A DNA stretch of 32,000 nt from an uncultured bacterium (GTDB lineage Bacteria; Margulisbacteria; WOR-1; CAVSGV01), in assembly GCA_963699255.1 (NCBI GenBank), contig OY969425.1, positions 1,710,001 through 1,742,000 on the forward strand. Direction: 5' to 3'. A model generated the notes under the pieces. It made no database searches. It worked only from the letters and a program-made list of their open reading frames with translations, and was not told the DNA's origin. The stretch's first letter is position 1. Every line of letters starts with the position of its first letter. Of this stretch, positions 16,925 through 22,898 are shown piece by piece. A program made the translations under genes and the position numbers.

Positions 16925-18973
16925 ATGGGCAGAAAGATCATTATTACACTTATTTTGGCTGCATTTGCTCTGGCTGTGAATGCCCGGGCTGATGAAGTAG
17001 ATAGCCACGTGAAGGCGTTTTCAACCAGCAAGCCGTTCGCTCAGGGCCAGATAATCGTGAAATTCAATAAGCCCCATCAGCTGAGCGGACAATCCCAAAC
17101 ATCCGGTTTTTCCGTCAATAGTACCGGGTCAGATCAGGTAAAAGTAGAAAAGCTATTCAAGAAGACCAGTGCAAACATAATGTCAGTTGCTACGGCTGGT
17201 GGCGACAAGATCGACGAGCCCGGCGTGTACAAACTGACCTATAAGAACAGGGATGATATTTATTCAATTGTGGACGAACTAAAGAAGGATCCGGACGTTG
17301 ATTATGCCGAGCCGAATTACACATACCAGGCTTTTGTCGAGCCGAATGACCCGAACTTTTCTCTTGAATGGGGATTTTCGCAAGTGGGGGCTCCTGCCGC
17401 ATGGGATGTCACGAAAGGGGATCCTGATATCGTCATAGCGGTAATAGATACCGGAGTCGATTATAATCATCCGGACCTTAAAGATAATATCTGGCATAAT
17501 ACAAAAGAAATCGCTGGTAACGGCATAGATGATGACGGCAACGGGTATGTTGATGATGTGATCGGATGGGATTTTGTGAGCGTGCCTCCGGATTGGGTCG
17601 CACCCGGAGAAGATCCGGGACCTCCGGACAATAACCCGATGGATTTCTATGGACACGGAACGCATGTAGCAGGCATCGCGGCCGGCATACCTAATAACGG
17701 CATCGGAATAGCCGGAGCCGCCTGGAACTGCAAAATAATGCCGCTCAGGGCCGGGTATATGGCACCGGATGGCAACGGATATCTTGAGCTCTCTGATATT
17801 GCTGAAGCTCTTTATTACGCGGCGGATAACGGCGCAAATGTCATAAATATGAGTTTCGGATGCCTTTATGATTCCCAGCTTATGCATGACGCGATAGAAT
17901 ACGCGCACAGCAAAGGCTGTATCATGGTCGCTTCCGCCGGCAATGTTGACAGCTTTGACGTGGGGCAGCCTTTTTATCCTGCGGCTTATGATCACGTTAT
18001 CGCCGTTGCAGCCACGGGCGCCGGGGATAATATCGCGGTATGGAACCTGGCCGCTTTTTCCAACTTCGGCGATTTTGTCGATCTTTGCGCTCCCGGAACC
18101 ATGATATTAAGCACTCTCCCTCACGACTCATACGGCTATGCGAGCGGCACTTCCATGGCATCACCGTTCGTAGCGGGGATCGCCGCACTGCTAAAATCCA
18201 AGCATAAGGATTGGACGCCCGAGCAGGTGGAGGCAAGGCTTAAGGCAACGTCCGACGACGTTTATGCCGTTAACCCGCAGAGTTTTCTTGCCGGGAAACT
18301 TGGCGCCGGAAGGGTGAACGCAAAAAAGGCCTTAGGTAATTTGAGCATTGCGATCACTTATCCTAAACCCAGAAGCATCATGAGCGGTTGTGTGGTGGTA
18401 AAGGGATCGGCCGATATCGATAATTTTAACGGTTATAAACTCGAATTCTCCTCCGTTTCCAGTCCTGATGTATGGGCCCCGATCGTAGATAAGTCCACTC
18501 AACCCGTTGAAGACGGGATACTGGCCGTATGGAACATGGGTGATCCTGACGGGAAGTATAATTTAAGATTGACCGTATCAAATACGAGCGGAGAATCATA
18601 TGAGTGTATTACCCGCGTGAATTTCGGAACGAATGGAGAAGTAAAGCTGTCCGGGAAGCCGAAGTGCGGCCCGAGCCCGTATGATCCTGGAAAAGGGGAT
18701 TTCATGTTCTATTATGATCTTCTCGCGGCTTCCGATGTTGATATATATGTTTATGATATTTCCGGAACTCTGGTATGGCAAAAAAAACTTCCATATGATC
18801 CCGGGACCTCTGGCGGCGGCGGAAGCGCGGGAACTAACAGGGTTTTCTGGGACGGAGATAACGGCTTCGGGGAGACGCTTGGCAACGGCGCATATGTCTA
18901 TATGATAGTCGCACGCGACAGCGGAGAAAGAAAGATCATCGGCCGTGGAACGTTCGCGGTTCTCAGGAGCTAA
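16925..18973 (+). CDS. Secreted subtilisin-family (S8) serine protease with propeptide and C-terminal beta-sandwich/FlgD-Ig-like domain
   Basis: Signal peptide MGRKIIITLILAAFALAVNARA and an I9-like propeptide. Catalytic Asp (AVIDTGVD), His (HGTHVAG) and Ser (GTSMASPFVAG). The C-terminal ~90 aa (DVDIYVYDISGTLVWQKK...VFWDGDNG...GAYVYMIVARD) resemble FlgD-Ig/T9SS-type CTDs. Confidence 0.88.
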   Translation: MGRKIIITLILAAFALAVNARADEVDSHVKAFSTSKPFAQGQIIVKFNKPHQLSGQSQTSGFSVNSTGSDQVKVEKLFKKTSANIMSVATAGGDKIDEPGVYKLTYKNRDDIYSIVDELKKDPDVDYAEPNYTYQAFVEPNDPNFSLEWGFSQVGAPAAWDVTKGDPDIVIAVIDTGVDYNHPDLKDNIWHNTKEIAGNGIDDDGNGYVDDVIGWDFVSVPPDWVAPGEDPGPPDNNPMDFYGHGTHVAGIAAGIPNNGIGIAGAAWNCKIMPLRAGYMAPDGNGYLELSDIAEALYYAADNGANVINMSFGCLYDSQLMHDAIEYAHSKGCIMVASAGNVDSFDVGQPFYPAAYDHVIAVAATGAGDNIAVWNLAAFSNFGDFVDLCAPGTMILSTLPHDSYGYASGTSMASPFVAGIAALLKSKHKDWTPEQVEARLKATSDDVYAVNPQSFLAGKLGAGRVNAKKALGNLSIAITYPKPRSIMSGCVVVKGSADIDNFNGYKLEFSSVSSPDVWAPIVDKSTQPVEDGILAVWNMGDPDGKYNLRLTVSNTSGESYECITRVNFGTNGEVKLSGKPKCGPSPYDPGKGDFMFYYDLLAASDVDIYVYDISGTLVWQKKLPYDPGTSGGGGSAGTNRVFWDGDNGFGETLGNGAYVYMIVARDSGERKIIGRGTFAVLRS

Positions 18974-18996
18974 TTTTTTCAGATCGCCTCCCGCAA

Positions 18997-19025
18997 TTGA
19001 CTTCTCCTTATTTTATTAGTAGCAT
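18997..19025 (+). promoter_or_regulatory. Putative sigma70-type promoter of rdgB (TTGACT-17 nt-TAGCAT)
   Basis: TTGACT at 18997-19002, a 17-nt spacer, TAGCAT at 19020-19025. Only 8 nt lie before the rdgB ATG (19034) and there is no Shine-Dalgarno. Pattern call only. Confidence 0.35.
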
Positions 19026-19033
19026 TTCCTCAA

Positions 19034-19627
19034 ATGTCGAAAAATTTGATAGTCGCAACAAAGAACAAAGATAAAGTCCGAGAGATCAAGCTCATTCTTA
19101 AGCCCCTTGGAATAAAGGTAATATCCCTTATTGATCTGCCGAATATGCCGGATATAAAGGAAAACGGCAGAACGTTCAGTGAAAATGCGGTCAAAAAAGC
19201 CAAGACGATCGCCGAACGGTCAAAAACCTATGTTCTGGCCGATGACTCGGGATTAGAGGTTAATTCATTGAACGGACGTCCCGGCGTAAGGTCGGCCCGA
19301 TATGCGGGGCCAAACCCCACGACAAAGAAACTCTGCATGAAACTATTAAAGGAGATGAAGGACAAGCGGGACAGAAGAGCCAGATTTGTTTGTGTGATCG
19401 CGATCGCGAGTCCAAAAAAGTCATTGACCGTTAAAGGTGTTTGTAAAGGAAGGATAGTTTTTAAGATGAAAGGCGTACACGGTTTCGGATACGATCCGGT
19501 TTTTGTCCCGCAGGGCTATGGTAAGACCTTTGCCCAAATGCCTCTAAAACATAAGAATCAGATCAGCCACAGGGGAAAAGCGCTAAAAAAAGCGAAAGCT
19601 TGCCTTGATAGAATATTTGCCTCATGA
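19034..19627 (+). CDS. rdgB: Non-canonical purine NTP pyrophosphatase (XTP/dITP diphosphatase, Ham1/RdgB family)
   Basis: IVATKNKDKVREI, ADDSGLEV, GRPGVRSARY, FGYDPVF and SHRGKA motifs. 197 aa. Confidence 0.9.
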   Translation: MSKNLIVATKNKDKVREIKLILKPLGIKVISLIDLPNMPDIKENGRTFSENAVKKAKTIAERSKTYVLADDSGLEVNSLNGRPGVRSARYAGPNPTTKKLCMKLLKEMKDKRDRRARFVCVIAIASPKKSLTVKGVCKGRIVFKMKGVHGFGYDPVFVPQGYGKTFAQMPLKHKNQISHRGKALKKAKACLDRIFAS

Positions 19628-19701
19628 TATACTTTTCCTGAAAAATTGCCTTTCCTATAGCTAAATTTGAATTTAGAACTACCGGGTCCGAAGGACAAGA
19701 T

Positions 19702-19774
19702 GCGGGAGTAGCTCAGTTGGTAGAGCATTTGCTTGCCAAGCAAAAGGTCGCGGGTTCGAACCCCGTCTCCCGCT
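19702..19774 (+). tRNA. tRNA-Gly (anticodon GCC)
   Basis: Hand-folded cloverleaf: acceptor GCGGGAG/CTCCCGC, D arm GCTC-AGTTGGTA-GAGC, anticodon arm TTTGC-TTGCCAA-GCAAA, T arm GCGGG-TTCGAAC-CCCGT. No encoded CCA. Confidence 0.9.
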
Positions 19775-19777
19775 CAT

Positions 19778-19851
19778 GCGCCCGTAGCTCAATTGGATAG
19801 AGCGGCTCCCTTCGAAGGAGAAGGTTGTAGGTTCAAGTCCTATCGGGCGCG
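19778..19851 (+). tRNA. tRNA-Arg (anticodon UCG)
   Basis: Acceptor GCGCCCG/CGGGCGC, anticodon arm GCTCC-CTTCGAA-GGAGA, T arm GTAGG-TTCAAGT-CCTAT. Lies 3 nt after tRNA-Gly. Confidence 0.88.
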
Positions 19852-19864
19852 AATGTATATTGAA

Positions 19865-19942
19865 CGGGGCGTGGCTCAGCTTGGCTAGAGCGCCTGCCTT
19901 GGGCGCAGGAGGTCGTCGGTTCAAATCCGGCCGCCCCGACCA
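19865..19942 (+). tRNA. tRNA-Pro (anticodon UGG), CCA encoded
   Basis: Acceptor CGGGGCG/CGCCCCG, anticodon arm CCTGC-CTTGGGC-GCAGG (G37), T arm GTCGG-TTCAAAT-CCGGC, discriminator A followed by CCA. It is the only tRNA in the cluster with an encoded CCA. Confidence 0.9.
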
Positions 19943-19960
19943 TTCCGATTATATCGGAAT

Positions 19961-20064
19961 GGAATGACAAATGACTAATTTCAAATGTCAAATTAGGGGC
20001 GATTGAAGAGTTTTGACATTGAATTTTTGGATTTGATTTGTTCATTTGTCATTTGGATTTTGAT
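19961..20064. repeat. AT-rich imperfect palindromic spacer element, copy A (REP/MITE-like)
   Basis: The left arm GGAATGACAAATGACTAATTTCAAATGTCAAATT pairs with the right arm ...TTGACATTGAATTT...TTGTTCATTTGTCATTTGG. It is flanked by GC hairpins TTCCGAT-TAT-ATCGGAA (19943-19959) and GTCCTGACC-GAA-GGTCGGGAC (20072-20092). Confidence 0.7.
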
Positions 20065-20097
20065 ATTGCGAGTCCTGACCGAAGGTCGGGACGAGTT

Positions 20098-20170
20098 GCA
20101 CCGCTAGCTCAATTGGCAGAGCAGGGCACTCTTAATGCCAAGGTTAGAGGTTCGATTCCTCTGCGGTGCA
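20098..20170 (+). tRNA. tRNA-Lys (anticodon CUU)
   Basis: Acceptor GCACCGC/GCGGTGC, anticodon loop CTCTTAA (with one 27:43 mismatch in the stem), T arm AGAGG-TTCGATT-CCTCT. Confidence 0.85.
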
Positions 20171-20176
20171 TATTTT

Positions 20177-20216
20177 TCCGAAGTGGCGGAATTTGGCATA
20201 CCTGCCGGAAGGCGGG
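20177..20216 (+). other. tRNA-Leu-like 5' fragment (acceptor + D-arm mimic) followed by a GGAA-loop hairpin
   Basis: TCCGAAGTGGCGGAATTTGGCATA resembles the 5' acceptor/D-arm of class II tRNA-Leu (compare GCCGCGGTGGTGGAATTGGCAGA of the intact gene 10 nt downstream). The hairpin CCTGCC-GGAA-GGCGGG (20201-20216) follows. No complete cloverleaf can be drawn. Confidence 0.45.
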
Positions 20217-20225
20217 TGCGCTTAA

Positions 20226-20307
20226 GCCGCGGTGGTGGAATTGGCAGACACGCAAGACTTAGGATCTTGTGCCGAAAGGCTTGGAGGTTCGACTCCTCTC
20301 CGCGGCA
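20226..20307 (+). tRNA. tRNA-Leu (anticodon UAG), class II with long variable arm
   Basis: Acceptor GCCGCGG/CCGCGGC, anticodon arm CAAGA-CTTAGGA-TCTTG, variable arm TGCCGAAAGGCT, T arm GGAGG-TTCGACT-CCTCT. 82 nt. Confidence 0.88.
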
Positions 20308-20318
20308 TTGATGAGTAT

Positions 20319-20390
20319 GCGGGAGTAGCTCAGTGGTAGAGCTCCTGCCTTCCAAGCAGGAGGTCGCGGGTTCGAATCCCGTCTCCCGCT
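20319..20390 (+). tRNA. tRNA-Gly (anticodon UCC)
   Basis: Acceptor GCGGGAG/CTCCCGC (identical to the GCC isoacceptor), anticodon arm CCTGC-CTTCCAA-GCAGG, T arm GCGGG-TTCGAAT-CCCGT. Confidence 0.9.
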
Positions 20391-20416
20391 TTGTTATCTC
20401 CGCCGGGGGGGGCGGA

Positions 20417-20543
20417 GAATGACAAATGACCAATGACAAATGTCAAATGAATGACAAAATCCCAATGTCAAATTGGGGATTGGAAATTGGGATTTAATTT
20501 GTCATTTGTTCATTGGGATTTGGAATTTGGTAATTGGTTATTC
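20417..20543. repeat. AT-rich imperfect palindromic spacer element, copy B
   Basis: GAATGACAAATGACCAATGACAAATGTCAAAT...TCAAATTGGGGATTGGAAATTGGGATTTAATTTGTCATTTGTTCATTGGGATTTGG... is near-identical to copy C apart from ~30-nt and 7-nt internal duplications. It is preceded by the hairpin TCTCCGCC-G6-GGCGGAGA (20397-20418). Confidence 0.75.
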
Positions 20544-20627
20544 TTCGTAAATCGTAATTCGTAAATAGTGTTGAGTTTTATACTTGGCTAATACTGAATT
20601 GTTAATGACGAGTAATTGATTACGAAG
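20543..20627. repeat. Second AT-rich imperfect palindrome directly upstream of tRNA-Arg(UCU)
   Basis: The outer arms CTTCGTAAATCGTAATTCG (20543-20561) and CGAGTAATTGATTACGAAG (20609-20627) are imperfect inverted repeats; the outer 8 bp are perfect. Confidence 0.55.
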
Positions 20628-20631
20628 CTGT

Positions 20632-20705
20632 GGGCCTGTAGCTCAGTTGGATAGAGCAACGGATTTCTAATCCGTCGGTCGCAGGTTCGAATCCTGTCAG
20701 GCCCG
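20632..20705 (+). tRNA. tRNA-Arg (anticodon UCU)
   Basis: Acceptor GGGCCTG/CAGGCCC, anticodon arm ACGGA-TTTCTAA-TCCGT, T arm GCAGG-TTCGAAT-CCTGT. Confidence 0.9.
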
Positions 20706-20721
20706 AGAAAAAATGGGAGAT

Positions 20722-20755
20722 TCGTCGGTCGTCCGCCTCAGGCGGATCAGGCCCG
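20722..20755 (+). other. tRNA-Arg(UCU) 3'-half mimic with a replaced T-arm
   Basis: TCGTCGGTCG-[TCCGCCTCAGGCGGA]-TCAGGCCCG compared with the authentic 3' half CCGTCGGTCG-[CAGGTTCGAATCCTG]-TCAGGCCCG (20672-20705). The flanks are identical (9 + 9 nt), and a different 15-nt hairpin replaces the 15-nt T-arm. Confidence 0.6.
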
Positions 20756-20778
20756 CCATCCCGACCAAAGGTCGGGAT

Positions 20779-20868
20779 GGAATGACAAATGACCAATTAC
20801 AAATGTCAAATTGGGGATTGGAAATTGGGATTTAATTTGTAATTTGTTCATTGAGATTTGGTAATTAC
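20779..20868. repeat. AT-rich imperfect palindromic spacer element, copy C
   Basis: GGAATGACAAATGACCAATTACAAATGTCAAATTGGGGATTGGAAATTGGGATTTAATTTGTAATTTGTTCATTGAGATTTGGTAATTACC. It is flanked by hairpins CATCCCGACC-AAA-GGTCGGGATG (20757-20779) and CCCCC-GGA-GGGGG (20868-20880). Confidence 0.75.
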
Positions 20869-20884
20869 CCCCGGAGGGGGTTGT

Positions 20885-20959
20885 GGTGGGCGTAGCTCAA
20901 TTGGTTAGAGCACCAGATTGTGGATCTGGTGGTTGTCGGTTCAAGTCCGATCGTCCACC
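20885..20959 (+). tRNA. tRNA-His (anticodon GUG) with encoded G-1
   Basis: An extra 5' G (20885) opposite discriminator C. Acceptor GTGGGCG/CGTCCAC, anticodon arm CCAGA-TTGTGGA-TCTGG, T arm GTCGG-TTCAAGT-CCGAT. Confidence 0.88.
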
Positions 20960-20960
20960 C

Positions 20961-21049
20961 TTTTAATTTTGGGAGGAAAGCCATTCTGGAGGGACCCAAA
21001 ATTAAAACTAAAGTTTGGGAATAAAGCCATTTTGGAGGGGCCCAAACTT
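20961..21049 (+). repeat. Two tandem paralogous stem-loops with conserved 21-nt loops, between tRNA-His and tig
   Basis: H1 is TTTTAATTTTGGG (20961-20973) / CCCAAAATTAAAA (20995-21007) with loop AGGAAAGCCATTCTGGAGGGA. H2 is AAGTTTGGG (21011-21019) / CCCAAACTT (21041-21049) with loop AATAAAGCCATTTTGGAGGGG. Confidence 0.6.
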
Positions 21050-21110
21050 GAAAGAAAATTTAATCGGTGATTAGGGGCCAGAGGATAGGGATTAAAAAGA
21101 GGAGACAATA

Positions 21111-22133
21111 TTGAAGATACTAAAACAGGATAAACAGGGGAACCAGGTAATACTTGAGGTTGAAGAAGAATATTCGAAACTTGAACCTAACATTGAAAAG
21201 GCATATGAGGAAGCTTCCAGGGATGTGAAGATGCCCGGTTTCAGGCAGGGTAAGGTGCCGGCAAACCTATTGAAGAAATACATCAATGAAGAAGCTGTTA
21301 TTGACAGGGCTGTTCAGCTTCTTATGTCTGACATTTATCCGGAATTGATCGGATCCGCTAAGATAAAACCTGTGGATTATCCGAACGTGGAGGTAAAGAA
21401 GCTTGAAAAAGGCTCACCGGTCATTTTTAATTTTAAAGTGGATGTTTATCCTGAAGTAAAGCTCGGCACATACAAGAAGATAACCCTGAAAAAACATGAT
21501 AAAGAAGTTCTGGATGAAGATGTGGATAAGACCATCGATTTCATAAAGAAAAGTTACGCGCAGCAGAGCAATGTCCCCGAAAACGAAGTATCACTGGACG
21601 ACGAATTCGCAAAAAATGTAAGCAGGACAAACACTATGCAGGAGCTGAAGGCCCTCATCAGGTCGAACGTAGAGGAAGAGAGAAAAAGAGAAGCTGATGA
21701 GGCAACTAGGGACGAGGTCGCAAAAAAGCTGTCGGAAACAATTGAAGTGGACGTTCCAAAAGGCATGGTGGAACGGGAAATAGACTCGATGATCAGCGAC
21801 CTGGAGATCTCCCTGAACAGGAGCAAGATGACACTTGCGTCTTACCTCTCCGCGGTCAAGAAGGACGTGGATAAAATAAGGGCAGAAATGAAAGCGGGTG
21901 CCGAGGGACGCATAAAAGCCAAGCTGGCGCTTGAGGCAATAGCGGAAAAGGAACAGCTGACCGTGGAGGAAGCGGATATCGACCGCGAGCTCGAGGAACT
22001 GGCCAAGCATTACGGGAAACCTGTGGAAGAATATAAAGCGGAGGTTTCCAGCGATGTAATTGATTCGATAAAGGAATACATGCTCAGGGAAAAAGCAATT
22101 GACTTTGTTATATCAAAAGCTAAAGTAGAATAA
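21111..22133 (+). CDS. tig: Trigger factor lacking the central PPIase (FKBP) domain
   Basis: The N-terminal ribosome-binding domain has the TF signature PGFRQGKVP. The C-terminal arm domain is collinear with E. coli TF (DDEFAKNVS...ELKALIRSNVEEE...VDVPKGMVEREID). At only 340 aa, nothing corresponds to E. coli residues ~150-245. TTG start with AGAGGAG RBS. Conserved tig-clpP-clpX-lon order. Confidence 0.85.
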   Translation: MKILKQDKQGNQVILEVEEEYSKLEPNIEKAYEEASRDVKMPGFRQGKVPANLLKKYINEEAVIDRAVQLLMSDIYPELIGSAKIKPVDYPNVEVKKLEKGSPVIFNFKVDVYPEVKLGTYKKITLKKHDKEVLDEDVDKTIDFIKKSYAQQSNVPENEVSLDDEFAKNVSRTNTMQELKALIRSNVEEERKREADEATRDEVAKKLSETIEVDVPKGMVEREIDSMISDLEISLNRSKMTLASYLSAVKKDVDKIRAEMKAGAEGRIKAKLALEAIAEKEQLTVEEADIDRELEELAKHYGKPVEEYKAEVSSDVIDSIKEYMLREKAIDFVISKAKVE

Positions 22134-22244
22134 CAATGATACAATTAACAATGACTCAATGAACAATTAAGGAGAGATTATATAATATAAATCGCCGAAG
22201 GCGACACCTAGTTGTTAATTGTTTAATTGTTAATTGGTCATTTT
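22134..22244. repeat. AT-rich imperfect palindrome in the tig-clpP spacer (related to the tRNA-spacer elements)
   Basis: The arms CAATGATACAATTAACAATGACTCAATGAACAATTAAGG and CCTAGTTGTTAATTGTTTAATTGTTAATTGGTCATTTT are imperfect inverted repeats. The centre contains TATAAT (22181-22186) and the GC hairpin TCGCC-GAA-GGCGA (22192-22204). Confidence 0.6.
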
Positions 22245-22261
22245 ATAAAGGAGGGATCATT

Positions 22262-22894
22262 ATGTTCGAGAAATCGCAAAATGTGGTTCCCATGGTCATC
22301 GAGCAGACGGGCAGAGGAGAAAGGGCTTATGATATATTCTCAAGGCTTCTTAAAGAAAGGATAATCTTTATAGGTACCCCAATGGATGATGAAGTAGCCA
22401 ATTTAATAATCGCGCAGATGCTTTTCCTGGCGGCCGAGGACAGCGAGAAGGACATAAATATGTACATAAACAGCCCCGGAGGCGTCGTTACGGCCGGGTT
22501 GGCCATATATGACACGATGCAATATTTAAAATCACCGATCGCGACCATCTGCATCGGTCAGGCGGCCAGCATGGCAGCAACACTTCTTGCCGCTGGCACA
22601 AAAGGGAAAAGATATGTTCTTCCTAACGCGCGCATCATGATCCATCAGCCCCTGGGCGGCGCGCAGGGACAGGCGACAGATATTGAGATCCAGACCAAGG
22701 AGATCATGAGAACGAAAAAGCTGTTAAATGAGATCCTCGCGAAGCACACCGGTCAGCCGCTCGCAAAAATAGAGAAGGATACCGACAGGGATTTTTACAT
22801 GTCCGCTCAGGAAGCGGTCGAATACGGGATAGTTGATGAAGTGATCGAGACAAAAAAAGGGCTGATAAAACCGGGCAAGTCGCCCAAAGGATAA
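22262..22894 (+). CDS. clpP: ATP-dependent Clp protease proteolytic subunit
   Basis: Near-canonical ClpP sequence with Ser (GQAASMA), His (IHQPLGG) and Asp in the expected context. AAGGAGGG RBS. Confidence 0.95.
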   Translation: MFEKSQNVVPMVIEQTGRGERAYDIFSRLLKERIIFIGTPMDDEVANLIIAQMLFLAAEDSEKDINMYINSPGGVVTAGLAIYDTMQYLKSPIATICIGQAASMAATLLAAGTKGKRYVLPNARIMIHQPLGGAQGQATDIEIQTKEIMRTKKLLNEILAKHTGQPLAKIEKDTDRDFYMSAQEAVEYGIVDEVIETKKGLIKPGKSPKG

Positions 22895-22898
22895 GATA

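Noticed and set aside
19558-20439. Four 61-111-aa ORFs (both strands) across the tRNA cluster
   Set aside because: They are built from tRNA genes and the spacer palindromes. tRNA cloverleaves account for the sequence, so these are not coding.
20417-20470. CtsR-like operator (GTCAAA heptads: TGTCAAATGAATGACAAA) that might control the downstream clp/lon genes
   Set aside because: It is only a partial match to the GGTCAAA-NAN-GGTCAAA consensus. It sits in a tRNA spacer ~1.8 kb upstream of clpP, and no such motif occurs in the tig-clpP spacer.
19943-20880. Possible CRISPR array, because similar ~30-nt AT-rich units recur with spacing
   Set aside because: The repeats are long imperfect palindromes of variable length separated by functional tRNA genes, not short identical direct repeats with unique spacers. 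No cas genes or leader are present.
19700-20960. Genomic island or prophage integrated at the tRNA cluster, suggested by the tRNA-half duplicates
   Set aside because: There is no integrase, excisionase, phage or cargo gene anywhere between or beside the tRNAs. The duplicated tRNA segments are only 10-16 nt from the intact genes. At most this is a scar, reported as such.
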